NCBI GenBank assembly: GCA_964016885.1
Contig: OZ024741.1
Location: forward strand, 263,190,001 to 263,254,000
Direction: 5' to 3'
DNA: 64,000 nt
Source of the DNA: Eledone cirrhosa
Lineage: Eukaryota
A program made the position numbers and the translations under genes. Below, piece after piece: positions 13,468 to 24,974 of the stretch (position 1 is its first letter; each line of letters opens with the position of its first letter). The notes beneath the pieces are model-generated. The model searched no databases, had not been told where the DNA came from, and was given only the letters and a program-made list of their open reading frames with translations.

Positions 13468-13499
13468 GTGGTTACCACTTCTACCTAACTCGTCCAATA

Positions 13500-13945
13500 C
13501 CTGTGCGTGAAGTTATTTTTTAAAGTGAGGAAAGACTGTGCACTGAGCCAATCCCACTCTCTGAGCGACAGTAGCTATAACCCGAAAAGAAGAAAAGATC
13601 AACATCATCGGTAACTACTGAGTTTTATATCGGAGTTAGCCCAGTTTCCTGAGTTGCCTTCTCCTAGAAGAATGCCCTGACAAAGGCTAGGGATCCTTCA
13701 TTCCCAGTGGTTTAACCGCGCGGTACATGTGTATATACATATTTACACAATTTCTAATGGCCGTTGACTCTCATGGGTTCTTCCGCCCTTTATCAGGTTT
13801 TGTTTTTGTCCTGCGGGATGTCCAAAATCACCCTCCTCACCAAGTAAACTTGGTGGGTTGCTGGTTTAGTCGCTGACGACCCGACCATGCGACATTTTGT
13901 ACTGGGTTACATGTTATCAGTAGCACTCAAGAGTGACTCGACATA
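13500..13945 (+). mobile_element. Diverged copy of repeat family B
   Basis: Shares GCCA.TCCCACTCT, CCTTCTCCTAGAA, GGATGTCCAAA.TCACCCTCCTCACCAAG and GACCCGACCATG. Confidence 0.6.
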
Positions 13946-13970
13946 CATATATATATACATATATATATAC

Positions 13971-14074
<104 letters not shown>

Positions 14075-14113
14075 TATATTAATAAATGGAAACTATATTT
14101 ATAAAACCATATT

Positions 14114-14178
14114 TATTTCATTATACATATTTCAGGGATACCACATTAAATTATGGTATGCCTTCATCAGACAAAATA
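14114..14178 (-). ncRNA. Type I hammerhead ribozyme motif (mirror of 14616-14680)
   Basis: Reverse complement of the 14616-14680 motif. Confidence 0.75.
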
Positions 14179-14615
14179 CAATATATAACAGTTTTACAAA
14201 TAGCTTTGACGTACCCTTTTAAAATGCAACCATTACTTTTGGAGGCTGTCTGGATAGTGATTTGTTTATATTATTTTAATAAGTCATAGTGTTAAGCACA
14301 ATTAGAAAAAGACGGAGAGAAAGAAAAAAAAGACGGAGAGAGAGAAAGAAAACCTGGAGAAATATCGGAGAGAGAAATGTATGAAATACATTTCTCTCTC
14401 TCTCCGATATTTCTCCAGATTTTCTTTCTCTCTCTCCGTCTTTTTTTTTTTTCTTTCTCTCCGTTTTTTTCTTTCTCTCCGTCTTTTTCTAATTGTGCTT
14501 AACACTATGACTTATTAAAATAATATAAACAAATCACTATCCAGACAGCCTCCAAAAGTAATGGTTGCATTTTAAAAGGGTACGTCAAAGCTATTTGTAA
14601 AACTGTTATATATTG

Positions 14616-14680
14616 TATTTTGTCTGATGAAGGCATACCATAATTTAATGTGGTATCCCTGAAATATGTATAATGAAATA
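14616..14680 (+). ncRNA. Type I hammerhead ribozyme motif
   Basis: TATTTTGT CTGATGA AGG-C-ATACCA..TGGTAT-C-CCT GAAA TATGTA TA ATGAAATA: stems I, II and III all form. Confidence 0.8.
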
Positions 14681-14960
14681 AATATGGTTTTATAAATATA
14701 GTTTCCATTTATTAATATCGTATATCTACTCCAAAAACTTGTCGAGTGCTTTATATCAGTTATAAAAATATTTACTTGTTGTATCCCAACAACTTTAAAT
14801 AGAACTTTTGATATATATATATTGTTATACTTTGGGAGGGTCATGTTGCCAATAAGAAACACACGCACCAGTTGCTTTCACTTCAATTTATTATATATTT
14901 ATAAATTTATAAATTTCTGGTTGGTTGGTTGGTTCCACAACCAGATAGTTGTTTATATAT

Positions 14961-15005
14961 AGTCATAGTTCTTTCCTCACACACTCTGTGACCTCTTCAG
15001 TGACT
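14961..15005 (-). ncRNA. Type I hammerhead ribozyme motif
   Basis: Minus strand AGTCA CTGAAGA GG-TCACA-GAGTG-TGTGA-G GAAA GAAC TA TGACT: 5-bp stem I, 5-bp stem II, very short stem III. Confidence 0.7.
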
Positions 15006-15169
15006 GGGGATTCCTTTCTTTGTTTCTGTGCCTCTCCTTTGTTCTGTCCTACGCCATTTTGTTTCTGTGTGTGTGTTGTGTGCTCAGTCTGCGCATGCGT
15101 CACATCCGGGTGTCTGTGTGTGTTTATGTTCATTTATCTATTTGTTTATTTACATGTTACTGGTTGTAT

Positions 15170-15793
15170 AGGAGCAAATTTTGGAATAGAATAGAAAGAA
15201 CTAGGAACAAGGCTAATAGAATAAACTCATGGTATGATAGCAATAAATACCAGAGTGTAATGTTCATCGATACAACCCCTAGAGGTGAACTAGCTTACAA
15301 ATTTAGAAGGGCCCTAAATAAACATAAACTCAATATTAAGATAGTAAAAAGACCAGGTACCTCCGTAAAAACACTTATTAGCAAGACATACCCTTTTCAA
15401 AGACCCTCATGTATAGATAAGAAATGTATAACCTGTAAAATAAGCCCCCATATTAACTGTAAAACTAGAAATGTAGTGTATAGCATAAGATGTACTGAAG
15501 GACAATGTAGAGACAAAAATATAGTGTACATAGGTGAGACAGCTCGTAGTGTAGGGGAACGGATAAATGAACACTGGCGAGACCTTCAAGATAATAAAGA
15601 ATCATCTGTACTCTACCAACATGCTAAGATAGAACACAAGGGTAAATTAGAGAACATAGAAATAAAAATAGAATCTACACACAGAAAAGACGCAATGTTT
15701 AGACAAATTACAGAGGCAATAAACATAAAAGAATTACAACCAAAATTAAATAGAAAATATGAGTGGAACAGCAACATCACAACTTACAATTAA
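15170..15793 (+). pseudogene. PLE RT-thumb/linker plus GIY-YIG endonuclease (5'-truncated, open frame)
   Basis: WY...VMFIDTTPRGEL, CIDKKCITC..NCKTRNVVYSIRC..YIGETARS..ERINEH..H..RQITEAINI..PKLNRK. Confidence 0.9.
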
Positions 15794-15993
15794 GGACAAA
15801 ATGAAAACACACACACACATAGAACAAACAACCAACCAGTAACATGTAAATAAACAAATAGATAAATGAACATAAACACACACAGACACCCGGATGTGGC
15901 GCATGCGCAGACTGAGCACACAACACACACACAGAAACAAAATGGCGTAGGACAGAACAAAGGAGAGGCACAGAAACAAAGAAAGGAATCCCC

Positions 15994-16038
15994 AGTCACT
16001 GAAGAGGTCACAGAGTGTGTGAGAAAAGAACTATGACT
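15994..16038 (+). ncRNA. Type I hammerhead motif in 3' pLTR (core variant)
   Basis: Same as 14961-15005 but GAGGAAAG reads GAGAAAAG. Confidence 0.55.
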
Positions 16039-16460
16039 ATATATAAACAACTATCTGGTTGTGGAACCAACCAACCAACCAGAAATTTGTAAATTTATAA
16101 ATATATAATAAATTGAAGTGAAAGCAACTGGTGCGTGTGTTTCTTATTGGCAACATGACCCTCCCAAAGTATAACAATATCGGTTTCAACACACGATTTC
16201 AGATAAAGAATCTTGCTAAACAAATTCAGAAACGAAATATATACATATACATATATAAATATATATATTTATTTGGGTTTGTTGGTTCACCACTGGATAG
16301 AACTGGTCATTGCGTATGCTCAACCTCGATGAAATATTATGGAGAGCACTCAACGTAATGCAACTCATCCGTCTTCGTTTGTGTAGTTGGTGGTGCGAGT
16401 ACGGAGTTAATTATTATAAAATAACAGGAGGCTGGACTGGTGTAAATCCTTGAAAGGTTT

Positions 16461-16522
16461 ATTATACTATGAACATTTCAATGACCGGGTTCAGTATGAA
16501 TCCGGTGACATCATCAGGTAAT
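16461..16522 (-). ncRNA. Type I hammerhead motif (mirror of 16690-16751)
   Basis: Reverse complement of the + motif; stem III reads ATGTTCAT. Confidence 0.55.
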
Positions 16523-16689
16523 TCAAAATATAACGAAGGAATATAACAGATAAAAATCCATGGTGCTGAAAATCAAAGACAGCGGGGCGGCCGACAGAGG
16601 TAGAAGCTGCTAAATTGCCGGTCGCCCTCCTGTCTCTGATTTTCAGCACCATGGATTTTTATCTGTTATATTCCTTCGTTATATTTTGA

Positions 16690-16751
16690 ATTACCTGATG
16701 ATGTCACCGGATTCATACTGAACCCGGTCATTGAAATGATCATAGTATAAT
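16690..16751 (+). ncRNA. Type I hammerhead ribozyme motif
   Basis: TAC CTGATGA T-GTCACCGGATTCA-TAC-TGAACCCGGTCAT-T GAAA TGATCA TA GTA; palindromic stem III ATGATCAT; stem I is short. Confidence 0.65.
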
Positions 16752-16952
16752 AAACCTTTCAAGGATTTACACCAGTCCAGCCTCCTGTTATTTTATAATA
16801 ATTAAATCCGTACTCGCACCACCAACTACAAAAACGAAGACGGATGAGTTGCATTACGTTGAGTGCTCTCCATAATATTACATCGAGGTTGACCACACAG
16901 AATGACCAGTTCTATCCAGTGGTGAACCAAAAAACCTAAATATATATATATA

Positions 16953-16985
<33 letters not shown>

Positions 16986-17063
16986 GAACCCGGTCATTGA
17001 AATGATCATAGTTTAATAAACCTTTCAAGGATTTTCACCAGTCCAACCTCCTGTTATTTTATA

Positions 17064-17100
<37 letters not shown>

Positions 17101-17331
17101 AAATTAGAGCTTCCCTCTGATTTGCCTTGCTCTTCAAATTGCTGGCCTTATGTCAAAAGTAGAAACAATTATTATTATTATTGTTGTTGTCTATTACACT
17201 ATGACTATAAAACCTTATATTATTGCCAAGTGTTAGAACAATATAATTGTTATGAAATATATTTTTATTTCAATAAGTTTCTTGTAATTGTGTGCTGGCT
17301 GTGACCCTCTAAATGTTCTCTAACCTATCAG

Positions 17332-17379
17332 GGTTCCTAGTTACGTTTATCTGGCCCTGCATATGTCTGGCACTATACC
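17332..17379 (+). CDS. Candidate 48-nt internal exon
   Basis: Acceptor tgttctctaacctatcag, donor GTGAGT; two open frames (GFLVTFIWPCICLALY or VPSYVYLALHMSGTIP). Confidence 0.35.
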
Positions 17380-17638
17380 GTGAGTGAAGAGAGAGCTGCC
17401 TTGAACTATTCTCTCTTAACTATATTGATCTGGTTGTTGTTGTTGTTGTTTCTGTGACACCATTCAACCTACCTTTTCTCTCTCTCTCCCGCTCTCTTGC
17501 TCTCTCACACACACACACACACTCCCCCTATCTCGCCCCCCCCCCTCTCGTCCCCTCGCTCTCTCTCTTTCTCGCTCTCTTTCTCTCTGTCTCTTCAGCA
17601 TTTTCTCCTTCAATACATATACACAACAGATATAAGCA

Positions 17639-17683
<45 letters not shown>

Positions 17684-17880
17684 CGTAACATATATATACA
17701 CACAAACATACACATTATGAAGGAGTGATGCTAGGGCTGTGAAATCTTGCATGCATTCATTTCAACTCTTCTTATTAATAGCTGCATTGTTTCTTTCTAC
17801 GGACTATGTTGAAAAATAAACCTCATTTGGTCATTCCATGAGAGTATCTTGGTCAACCTATGAACCTTTCAGCCTACCCT

Positions 17881-17913
<33 letters not shown>

Positions 17914-18043
17914 GTAGAAGTTCTATTTAAATTGTTGGGATACAACAAGCAAATATTTTTATAACTGATATAAAGCACTCAACAAATAATTGGAGTAAAA
18001 ATACGATATTAACAAATGGAAACTATATTTATAAAACCATATT

Positions 18044-18108
18044 TATTTCATTATACATATTTCAAGAACACCAAGTTAAATTATGTTGTGCTTTCATCAG
18101 ATAAAATA
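18044..18108 (-). ncRNA. Type I hammerhead motif (mirror of 18132-18196)
   Basis: Reverse complement with two stem II substitutions. Confidence 0.65.
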
Positions 18109-18131
18109 TAATATAAAACTGCTCTATATTA

Positions 18132-18196
18132 TATTTTATCTGATGAAAGCACACCATAATTTAACTTGGTGTCCTTGAAATATGTATAATGAAATA
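18132..18196 (+). ncRNA. Type I hammerhead ribozyme motif
   Basis: TATTTTAT CTGATGA AAG-C-ACACCA..TGGTGT-C-CTT GAAA TATGTA TA ATGAAATA; covaries with 14616-14680. Confidence 0.8.
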
Positions 18197-19397
18197 AATA
18201 TGGTTTTATAAATATAGTTTCCATTTGTTAATATCGTATGTATATATATATATATATAAATGGAATAGAATGAAACGAAATTTCATTTCTCACTCTTAGT
18301 ACGGCACTTACTTAAATTATAATAAATGTTCGGTAAATCGATACGTGCATATATATGTATATATATACATACTACTGTACGTCTGTATACATATATGTAT
18401 GTACGTATACATACATACATACTTATATATATATATATATATATCCGTATGTGGTTGACAACTGAAAGAAAGAATTACTCAATACCGAAGTAGATTTTAT
18501 TAATGCTAAATAGTGAGTCTTGTTACTCTAGAGTTTCGCCTGTTTATCACAATCTCTCTCTTCCACCTCTCTCTTTCTCTCTATCAGAATCTCTCTTCAT
18601 CTCTCATCCTCTCACCCTCTCCTCGCCTGCCAATAAACTCTCACCACTACCACAGCACCTCCTTCAATCCTACACTATTTATGCAAATTTAGACTAATTT
18701 CCTGGTATTTTCCATTTGAAAAATTACAAAATCTTCAGGATTCTTTTACTGGGATGGGTGATGTGTGTGTGTGTATGTGTTAGTGTATGCATGTGTGTCA
18801 GTGTGTGTATGTCAGTGTATGTGTATTAGTGTATGTCAGTATGTGTGTGTATATGTGTGTTAGTGTATGTGTCAGTGTGTGTATGTCAGTGTGTGTGTGT
18901 CAATGTGTGGGGGGGGGGGAGTGTGTGTGTGTGGATGCATGCATATGTGTGTTTGCGTGAGTACGTGCAGGAGGCAGTTGTTGTTGCTGTTGTTGCTGTT
19001 ATTGTTGTTATTGTCACTGCTGCTGTTGTTGTTGCTACTGCTGTTGTTGTTGTTGCTACTGCTATTGTTGTTGTTGTTGCTGTTGTTGTTGTTGCTGTTG
19101 TTGTTGTTGTTGCTGTTGTTGTTGTTGCTGTTACTGCTGCTGTTGTTGCTGTTTCTGGTGCTGCTGCTGTTTCTGGTGCTGCTGCTGTGTCCTTCCAGCA
19201 TTAACCTATGTTCCTTTAAGACAACAGAGAGTGTGAACTGAAACAGACTGGGCTGCTATTTCTAGCATAACAAGTGACCCCCAACTGTATAAGGATCTGT
19301 GGGAGTGCATCTGTGGCATGGCGCCAAACATTGACACAAGGCCAGCAATTCTGGGAAAGGGGAAAGTCAATTATATTGATCCTTGTCCTTGTACTGA

Positions 19398-19835
19398 AGG
19401 TGCATGGCTTGGTGGGGTTGCAATCGGGAGGTTGTGAGTTCGATTCTCGGACCGGGTGATGTGTTGTGTCCTTGAGCAAGACACTTTATTTCACGTGGCT
19501 CCACTTCACTCAGCTGTAGAAATGAGTTGGGACGTCAATGGTGCCAATCTGTATCGGACATTGCCTTTCCCTTGGACTACAGCATATAGAGTATATATAC
19601 AGTGTACATACAGTGTATATATAGTCTATGTAGTGTATATAGAGCATATATATATATAGTATATATGTTGTGACGTCACTGGTGCCAAGCTATATCAGCC
19701 ATTGCCTTTTCCTTGGGCAACATCGGTGGCGTGGAGGGGGGGGGGGGCTGGTGTGCATGGGCGACTTGTGCCTTCGAGTGGAAACATTCTAGGTGCAAAT
19801 CCTATGGTCATTCATGACCTAAGGGAGTCTTTACC
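19398..19835 (+). mobile_element. tRNA-derived CORE-like SINE (family C), interrupted by an AT-rich insert at ~19580-19665
   Basis: B-box GAGTTCGATTC and GTGTCCTTGAGCAAGACACTT; homologous to 22195-22340 and 31738-31850. Confidence 0.7.
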
Positions 19836-19844
19836 TAGTCGTAG

Positions 19845-20275
19845 TGCTTTATTTTATCGACCCCGGAAGGATGAAAAGTTGACATCGGATTGAACTCACG
19901 GCATAAAGGTCAGGAATAAATACCACAAAGTATTTAATCCGATGCTCTAACGATTCTGATAATCCACCGACGTGTAGTAAGCTCCGGGGCTACGAGGCCG
20001 ACTGACCAGTTATCCGACAAAAATATATCATGAACACCAAGTTAACTACGATAAAGATATAAGAGAGAGAGATATTAATAATGGTATATAATTGTTTCTA
20101 CTTTTGGCATAAGGCCAGCAATTATCCAAGTGTATTACTGGTACTTTATTTTATCGACCCTGTAAGGATGAAAGGCAAAGTTAAGCTCGGCGGGATTTGA
20201 ACTCAGATCATAAAGGGAGGTAACTCTATGCTTCAAATCATAGCGTCCGACCCTCTATCGATACTGCCAATCCAC
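19845..20275 (-). mobile_element. Two SINE family A copies
   Basis: CTTTATTTTATCGACCC..AAGGATGAAA reverse-complement core at ~19847 and ~20144. Confidence 0.7.
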
Positions 20276-21077
20276 CTTTTTATGCAGGAGTTCCCTGAGC
20301 CATGAAAACTATTTCAAAGGTTCGACAAGGAATAGAAAGGTTGAAAAACGCTGCACTAGACAATTTTACAACCTGACATTTATATAAAAAATGAAAATAT
20401 ATAAAATAATACAATAAAATACAACTTATTTCTAAAGATTTCTTATTTATATACGAATAAAATAAAATAAAATAAAACTGAAAAGATACACTCTAGAACC
20501 AGAACACATCACCCTCCTCTCCCTTTTTTCTGTGGCCCTAGAGTCTTTGCTTTCCCCCTCGTTTCCTTCTCATATATGACGTAGTCATTTCTCTACTTTC
20601 CCATACAGTCATATATGCCCTTCCTTACCCCTTACAGATATGTATACCTTTTATAAAGTGTATTCTATGTTGGTCAGTTAAAATCTTTCCTCGTTGGACG
20701 TTAGTATGATATTCGTTTAATATCAACTGTTTTGTTGACACCATACAAAAGACTAATGTGTAATGCTGAACTATTTGATTTAAATGGTAACATATAACAA
20801 ATACAATTAACTATTGTTAGGAACCTCACAAAAACAGCTCACCAAAATATATGACCGGAGCGAGAGAAAGAGAAAAAGAGAGAAAAAGAGAGAAAAAGAG
20901 AAGAAAAATGGAGGGGGGGGGGGGCAAAAACAAAAACAAAAATGACCTTCAATTCACCACCAAATGCAATAATCGGCCACACATCACAAGGGTCAACGGA
21001 ACATTGTTTGGACCTTTTCTTCTTTACAATCATACCTACCATGTAAAAATTACTAATTTCAACATTAGTTTTTAATA

Positions 21078-21235
21078 ATAATTGTTACTACTTTTGGCAC
21101 AAGGCCAGCAATTACCCAGTACATTGCTGATACTTTATTTTATCGATCCCGTAAGGATGAAAGGTAAAGTTAACCTCGTCAGGATTTGAACTCAGACCGT
21201 AAAGGTCCAACCCTCTACCGATGCTGTCAATTCAC
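21078..21235 (-). mobile_element. SINE family A copy
   Basis: GGCACAAGGCCAGCAAT..ACTTTATTTTATCGA..AAGGATGAAAGG..GGATTTGAACTCAGA. Confidence 0.7.
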
Positions 21236-21237
21236 CA

Positions 21238-21535
21238 GTAATGAAATTATTGTGTACAGTGCTCAGGTGCACTACAACTCATCAAAGGTGCATGTATAGT
21301 ACATAGAATAATGTACAATTGTCAAGAAAGGGAACAGTGTATGAGTCATGATATACATGTTTATTTTGTATTTTATTTACTCTCATACTGTTTTACCTGT
21401 TCCAGACTACCGACAACGGTCATGTTTGGATAGTTATAATTATTTAGTTATTTATTTTTGTACATGGCTGGAGTTGATGAAGTGATCAAGGTTTCAATGA
21501 AAGGGTCAATAGTCTAAAAGGTTTGTGGGTCCCTG
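21238..21535. mobile_element. hAT (Charlie-like) MITE remnant
   Basis: Ends GGGTCAATAGTCTAAAAGGTTTGTGGGTCCCTG; a similar end AAAGGTTGAAAAACGCTG lies near 20335-20353; an inverted fragment lies at ~4135-4170. Confidence 0.4.
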
Positions 21536-21667
21536 GTGTAGAAAGAAGTTTTTTTGTCTACTAATTGCTTGAATCATCTCAGATTAAAATAGACAGACAG
21601 ACAGACAGATAGATAGATAGAGAGAGAGGGGGGGACAGGCAGATAGAGAGATAGAGAGATAGAGAGA

Positions 21668-22126
21668 TTTCTTTATTTGCCACAAGGGCGCACAAGAAAA
21701 GGGGACAATACAAAGACACATGCCGGGGATTTTACATACAGTCGTGTAAAAATATTGAAACAAACAAATTTAACAATCGAAATCCCCAATAGAGGGGAGG
21801 CGCCACAAATGGGTTGTTTAATACCCATTTGTGGGTAGAACAGCCCTCAACTCCAGGAGCGTGTTGTGCAAGTGCTCCTTTCTTCCTTCTGCTCTCACCT
21901 TCAGCCTACAGGTTTATATACAGAGAAGGCCCAATCACTCGGGCCATTTTTGCTACATTCACCCACCTTTCAGTAAATTTACTGGGCTGCAATGCCTCTC
22001 TCTCCACTCTGATTCTCCTTCTAAAGTGATACCTAAAGAAGGGAATGAGTTGTTGTCTCGTCCACCATATAAACTCTTTCACCATAGCCACTATACAGAG
22101 GAAAACCGCCTCACTTTCGTTTTTGA
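21668..22126 (-). mobile_element. 3' end of an L1/Tx1-clade LINE
   Basis: ORF end ..VKEFIWWTR..L..FRYHFRRRIRVER....KFTERW.. typical of Tx1 ORF2 C-termini; 3' UTR ends AATAAAGAAA next to TCTA/TC repeats. Confidence 0.65.
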
Positions 22127-22194
22127 GATAGATAGATATGACAGACGGACTGTGACAGCATACAGATATTATAATATATATTATAATATATATG

Positions 22195-22537
22195 GAGGCA
22201 CATGGCTTAGTGGTTAGAGCATTGGCTTTGCAATCGAAAGGTTGTGAGTTCAATTCTCAGACCGGGTGATGTGTTGTGTCCTTGAGCAAGACACTTTATT
22301 TCACATTGCTCCAGTTTACTCAGCTGTAGAAATGAGATGATAGGACTGGGGTCCCTATCATTCCACTGCAAAGTGGTCGTGGAGGTGCCACGGCAAAAAA
22401 GCACTCAGCACTCACTGTAAATGAGGTTGGTGTTAGGAAGGGCATCCAGCTGTAGAAATCAAGCCAGAATCAGTTCCCGTCCCACCCTTGCAAGCAGGGA
22501 AAAGCGGACGTAAAATGATGATGATGATGATGATGAT
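22195..22537 (+). mobile_element. Near-full-length tRNA/CORE-like SINE with RTE-type 3' tail
   Basis: A-box TGGCTTAGTGG, B-box GAGTTCAATTC, GTGTCCTTGAGCAAGACACTT, tail GGTGTTAGGAAGGGCATCCAGCTGTAGAAA..GGACGTAAAA(TGA)n shared with the RTE at 24975-26060. Confidence 0.8.
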
Positions 22538-23154
22538 TGATTCTGACAGAGTGTGGTGTTGATGTGACAGGCGGACTATAACATTATGCAGTTATTATAA
22601 TATATATTGAATATTTCACCAATTGCCGCGAACTAACACATAATGTCATTAAACTAAATACTTTGATCTTTACATATTGTTAAGATTCTAATTACTGGCA
22701 GCCAGAATGGAGGTTGAATGATGATGATGATGATGGTAATTATTATTATCATTATTATTATTATAGTGGTGTTGGTGGAGGTCGTGATAATGATGATGAT
22801 GAGGGCGATGGTGATGATGGTTTTTGTTGTTTTTTTACATTTTTTGCATTTTTCAGTTTCAGTTCCTTCTTTTTCTTCTATTATTTAACGTTTAGGTTAT
22901 ATATCATCATCATCATCAACATCATTACCCTGCTAGCAAGGGTTGGATGGGTCTACATATACCCAGTCACTATTGAAGTGGAACCATATATATATATATA
23001 TGTGGTCCCGTAACTCCTGATAGAGTCGTAGGGCGCCGCATTGTGCATTTTAAGCCTAGCGAAGCCTATCTCTCCAGGTCTGAGTACAGCAGATTTCTTC
23101 CAGAGAAAGATAGAAAGTGAGCGAGAAGAAATGAGAAAGAGATATTGAGGAAAA

Positions 23155-23254
23155 ATCGACCCGAGTACTTGACGGGTACTTATTTTATTGACCTCGAAAG
23201 GATAAAAGGCAAAGTTGACCTCAGCGGGATTTGAACTCAGCGAGCAGAGAGCTG

Positions 23255-23306
<52 letters not shown>

Positions 23307-23490
23307 GTTTCTAATTTTGGCACAAGGCCAGCAATTATTCCAGTGCATTACTGGTACTTTATTTTATCGACACCGTAAGGATGAAAGGCGCAAAGTTAAC
23401 CTCGGCGGGATTTGAACTCAGAGCGTAAAGGGACGTAACTCTATGCCGCAAAGCCTGGCGTCTGACCCTCTACCGATACTGCCAATCCAC
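23155..23490 (-). mobile_element. Two SINE family A copies
   Basis: Same core as 20090-20275, separated by (TA)n. Confidence 0.7.
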
Positions 23491-24219
23491 TGGTCTATAC
23501 ACCGTCAACAAATCAGAGACCCAAATGTCCGTCAGATACCCCTAAGCGGCCACCTGGCAACATGTGGTCAGGGAATATTTATAATATTCCCATTCTACAA
23601 ATTACACAGCCCAAGTGAAATCAAGAGAAAAATCAAAGAAAAGAATTTTATTGATAAATTCAAACCCAAGCTAAATGAACAATAATAACGCCTAGGGGTA
23701 TTACTTCTACTACCACTATGACCACGACCACTAACAACAACAACAACAACAACAACAATAATAATAATAATAAAAGTGATGTTGATGGTGATGATTAATA
23801 GAAAATGCTATTTTCATCATTTCAAAAAAGCAAAACAATTGATACGTTGGATATGACTATTGGTCGTTAGCATGCTCAACCAGCCGTGACGCTTAAACCA
23901 ATCAGCTGTAGTAATTCAGTGAAACTACACACTGATTGGTCGAAATACAGTTTACAGGGCTTTGCATTCTGGAGCCACTTTTCTCTGTATAAAATGTATA
24001 AAAGGTAGGAAATTTACCCATCTCATTACAGTTGAAAATTGCAAACTCGACTGTCACCACATATCATGAACCTGAAGATTGCGAAAGCATGAAAGTACTT
24101 GTTCAATTAACACTTAGAATTTAATATTCTATCATACTATTTCATTATAATACCATTATATATATTTTAAAGGATTGTAAATAAAACGAGTAAATCAGAC
24201 AAAGTTGGAATTCCTCTTA

Positions 24220-24225
<6 letters not shown>
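23490..24225 (+). mobile_element. 3' end of a third coding PLE family: GIY-YIG C-terminus plus pLTR
   Basis: IHRQQIRDPNVRQIPLSGHLATCG..F.IFPFYK....RKIKEKNFI.KFKPKLN stop, followed by a hammerhead at 24067-24105. Confidence 0.8.
24067..24105 (+). ncRNA. Minimal type I hammerhead ribozyme motif
   Basis: TGAAC CTGAAGA T-TGC-GAAA-GCA-T GAAA GTAC TT GTTCA: 5-bp stem I, GNRA-capped stem II, palindromic stem III AGTACT. Confidence 0.85.
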
Positions 24226-24276
<51 letters not shown>

Positions 24277-24277
24277 C

Positions 24278-24442
24278 TCTTTCTACTTTTGGCACAAGGC
24301 CAGCAATGACCCAGTACATTACTGGTACTTTATTTTATCGACCCCGTAAGCATGAAAGGCAAAGTTAACCTCAGAATGGTAAGGGCCGTAACTCTCTGCG
24401 TCAAAGCATGGCATCCGACCCTCTACCGATACTGCCAATCCA
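24278..24442 (-). mobile_element. SINE family A copy
   Basis: Same core and tail as the other family A copies. Confidence 0.7.
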
Positions 24443-24777
24443 CAATATAATACAATATAGAGAGGAAATAAACACAGGAGAGTGTGTTTTCATTTACACC
24501 GGGGTATAAGGCTTCTAGCGTGAAAAATATAAACTACAAAAGGTTTGCAAAATACATTTTTTCCTTTGAGCTCATTAAATTACGGGGATAAAAGGGAGTC
24601 CTTTACTTCGTTGCTTTACTTGATGTATATATATATATATATATATACCTTGAAGGCAGTCACCCAGGCTGGCAACTGCTGGCTCTGGCCACCTTCAAGT
24701 CTTAAACATTTCTCTCTACTTTTCAGCCCCTTGGATTGTGTCTACCATTATTATATTCCTTTATTAGATAAATTTCG

Positions 24778-24880
24778 TAAGACCTGATGATGTCACCGGG
24801 TTCCACATTGAAATGTGCATAGTGTTTATAATAAACCTTTAAGGAATTTCAGTAGTCCAGCCTCCTGTCATTTTACTCAA
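24778..24880 (+). ncRNA. Diverged hammerhead motif in a copy of the 16.3-16.9 kb PLE terminus
   Basis: AC CTGATGA TGTCACCGGGTTCCACATT GAAA TGTGCA TA GT; downstream AATAAACCTT..AGTCCAGCCTCCTGT is shared. Confidence 0.5.
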
Positions 24881-24887
24881 TAATTAC

Positions 24888-24920
<33 letters not shown>

Positions 24921-24974
24921 TGCGTGCGTGTGTGTGTACAAATGAAGCCGTCTGTCTTGTTTATTATATATATA

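Larger units (their letters stand above)
14077..14810. mobile_element. Fold-back PLE-type terminus: ~640-bp palindrome (14077-14717) with right-arm extension
   Basis: ORFs 14086-14289(+) and 14505-14708(-) are identical; tiny central loop near 14380; each arm carries a hammerhead. Confidence 0.8.
14819..16240 (+). mobile_element. 5'-truncated Penelope-like element (second family) with inverted 5' pLTR
   Basis: 14819-15168 is the reverse complement of ~15832-16180 (coordinate sum 30999); GIY-YIG ORF between the arms. Confidence 0.9.
16268..17065. mobile_element. Fold-back PLE-type terminus (arms ~16268-16600 and ~16615-16942) plus a partial third copy at ~16985-17065
   Basis: Arms are reverse complements; each holds CTGATGA...GAAA; a related copy lies at ~24780-24880. 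Confidence 0.75.
17915..18238. mobile_element. Fold-back copy of the 14077-14810 PLE terminus family
   Basis: Arms ~18001-18115 and ~18125-18238; shares ATGGAAACTATATTTATAAAACCATATTTATTTC and the GTTGGGATACAACAAG extension. Confidence 0.8.

Noticed and set aside
22195-22265. tRNA gene
   Set aside because: It has A and B boxes, but I could not fold a clean cloverleaf and it continues into a SINE body that is repeated elsewhere
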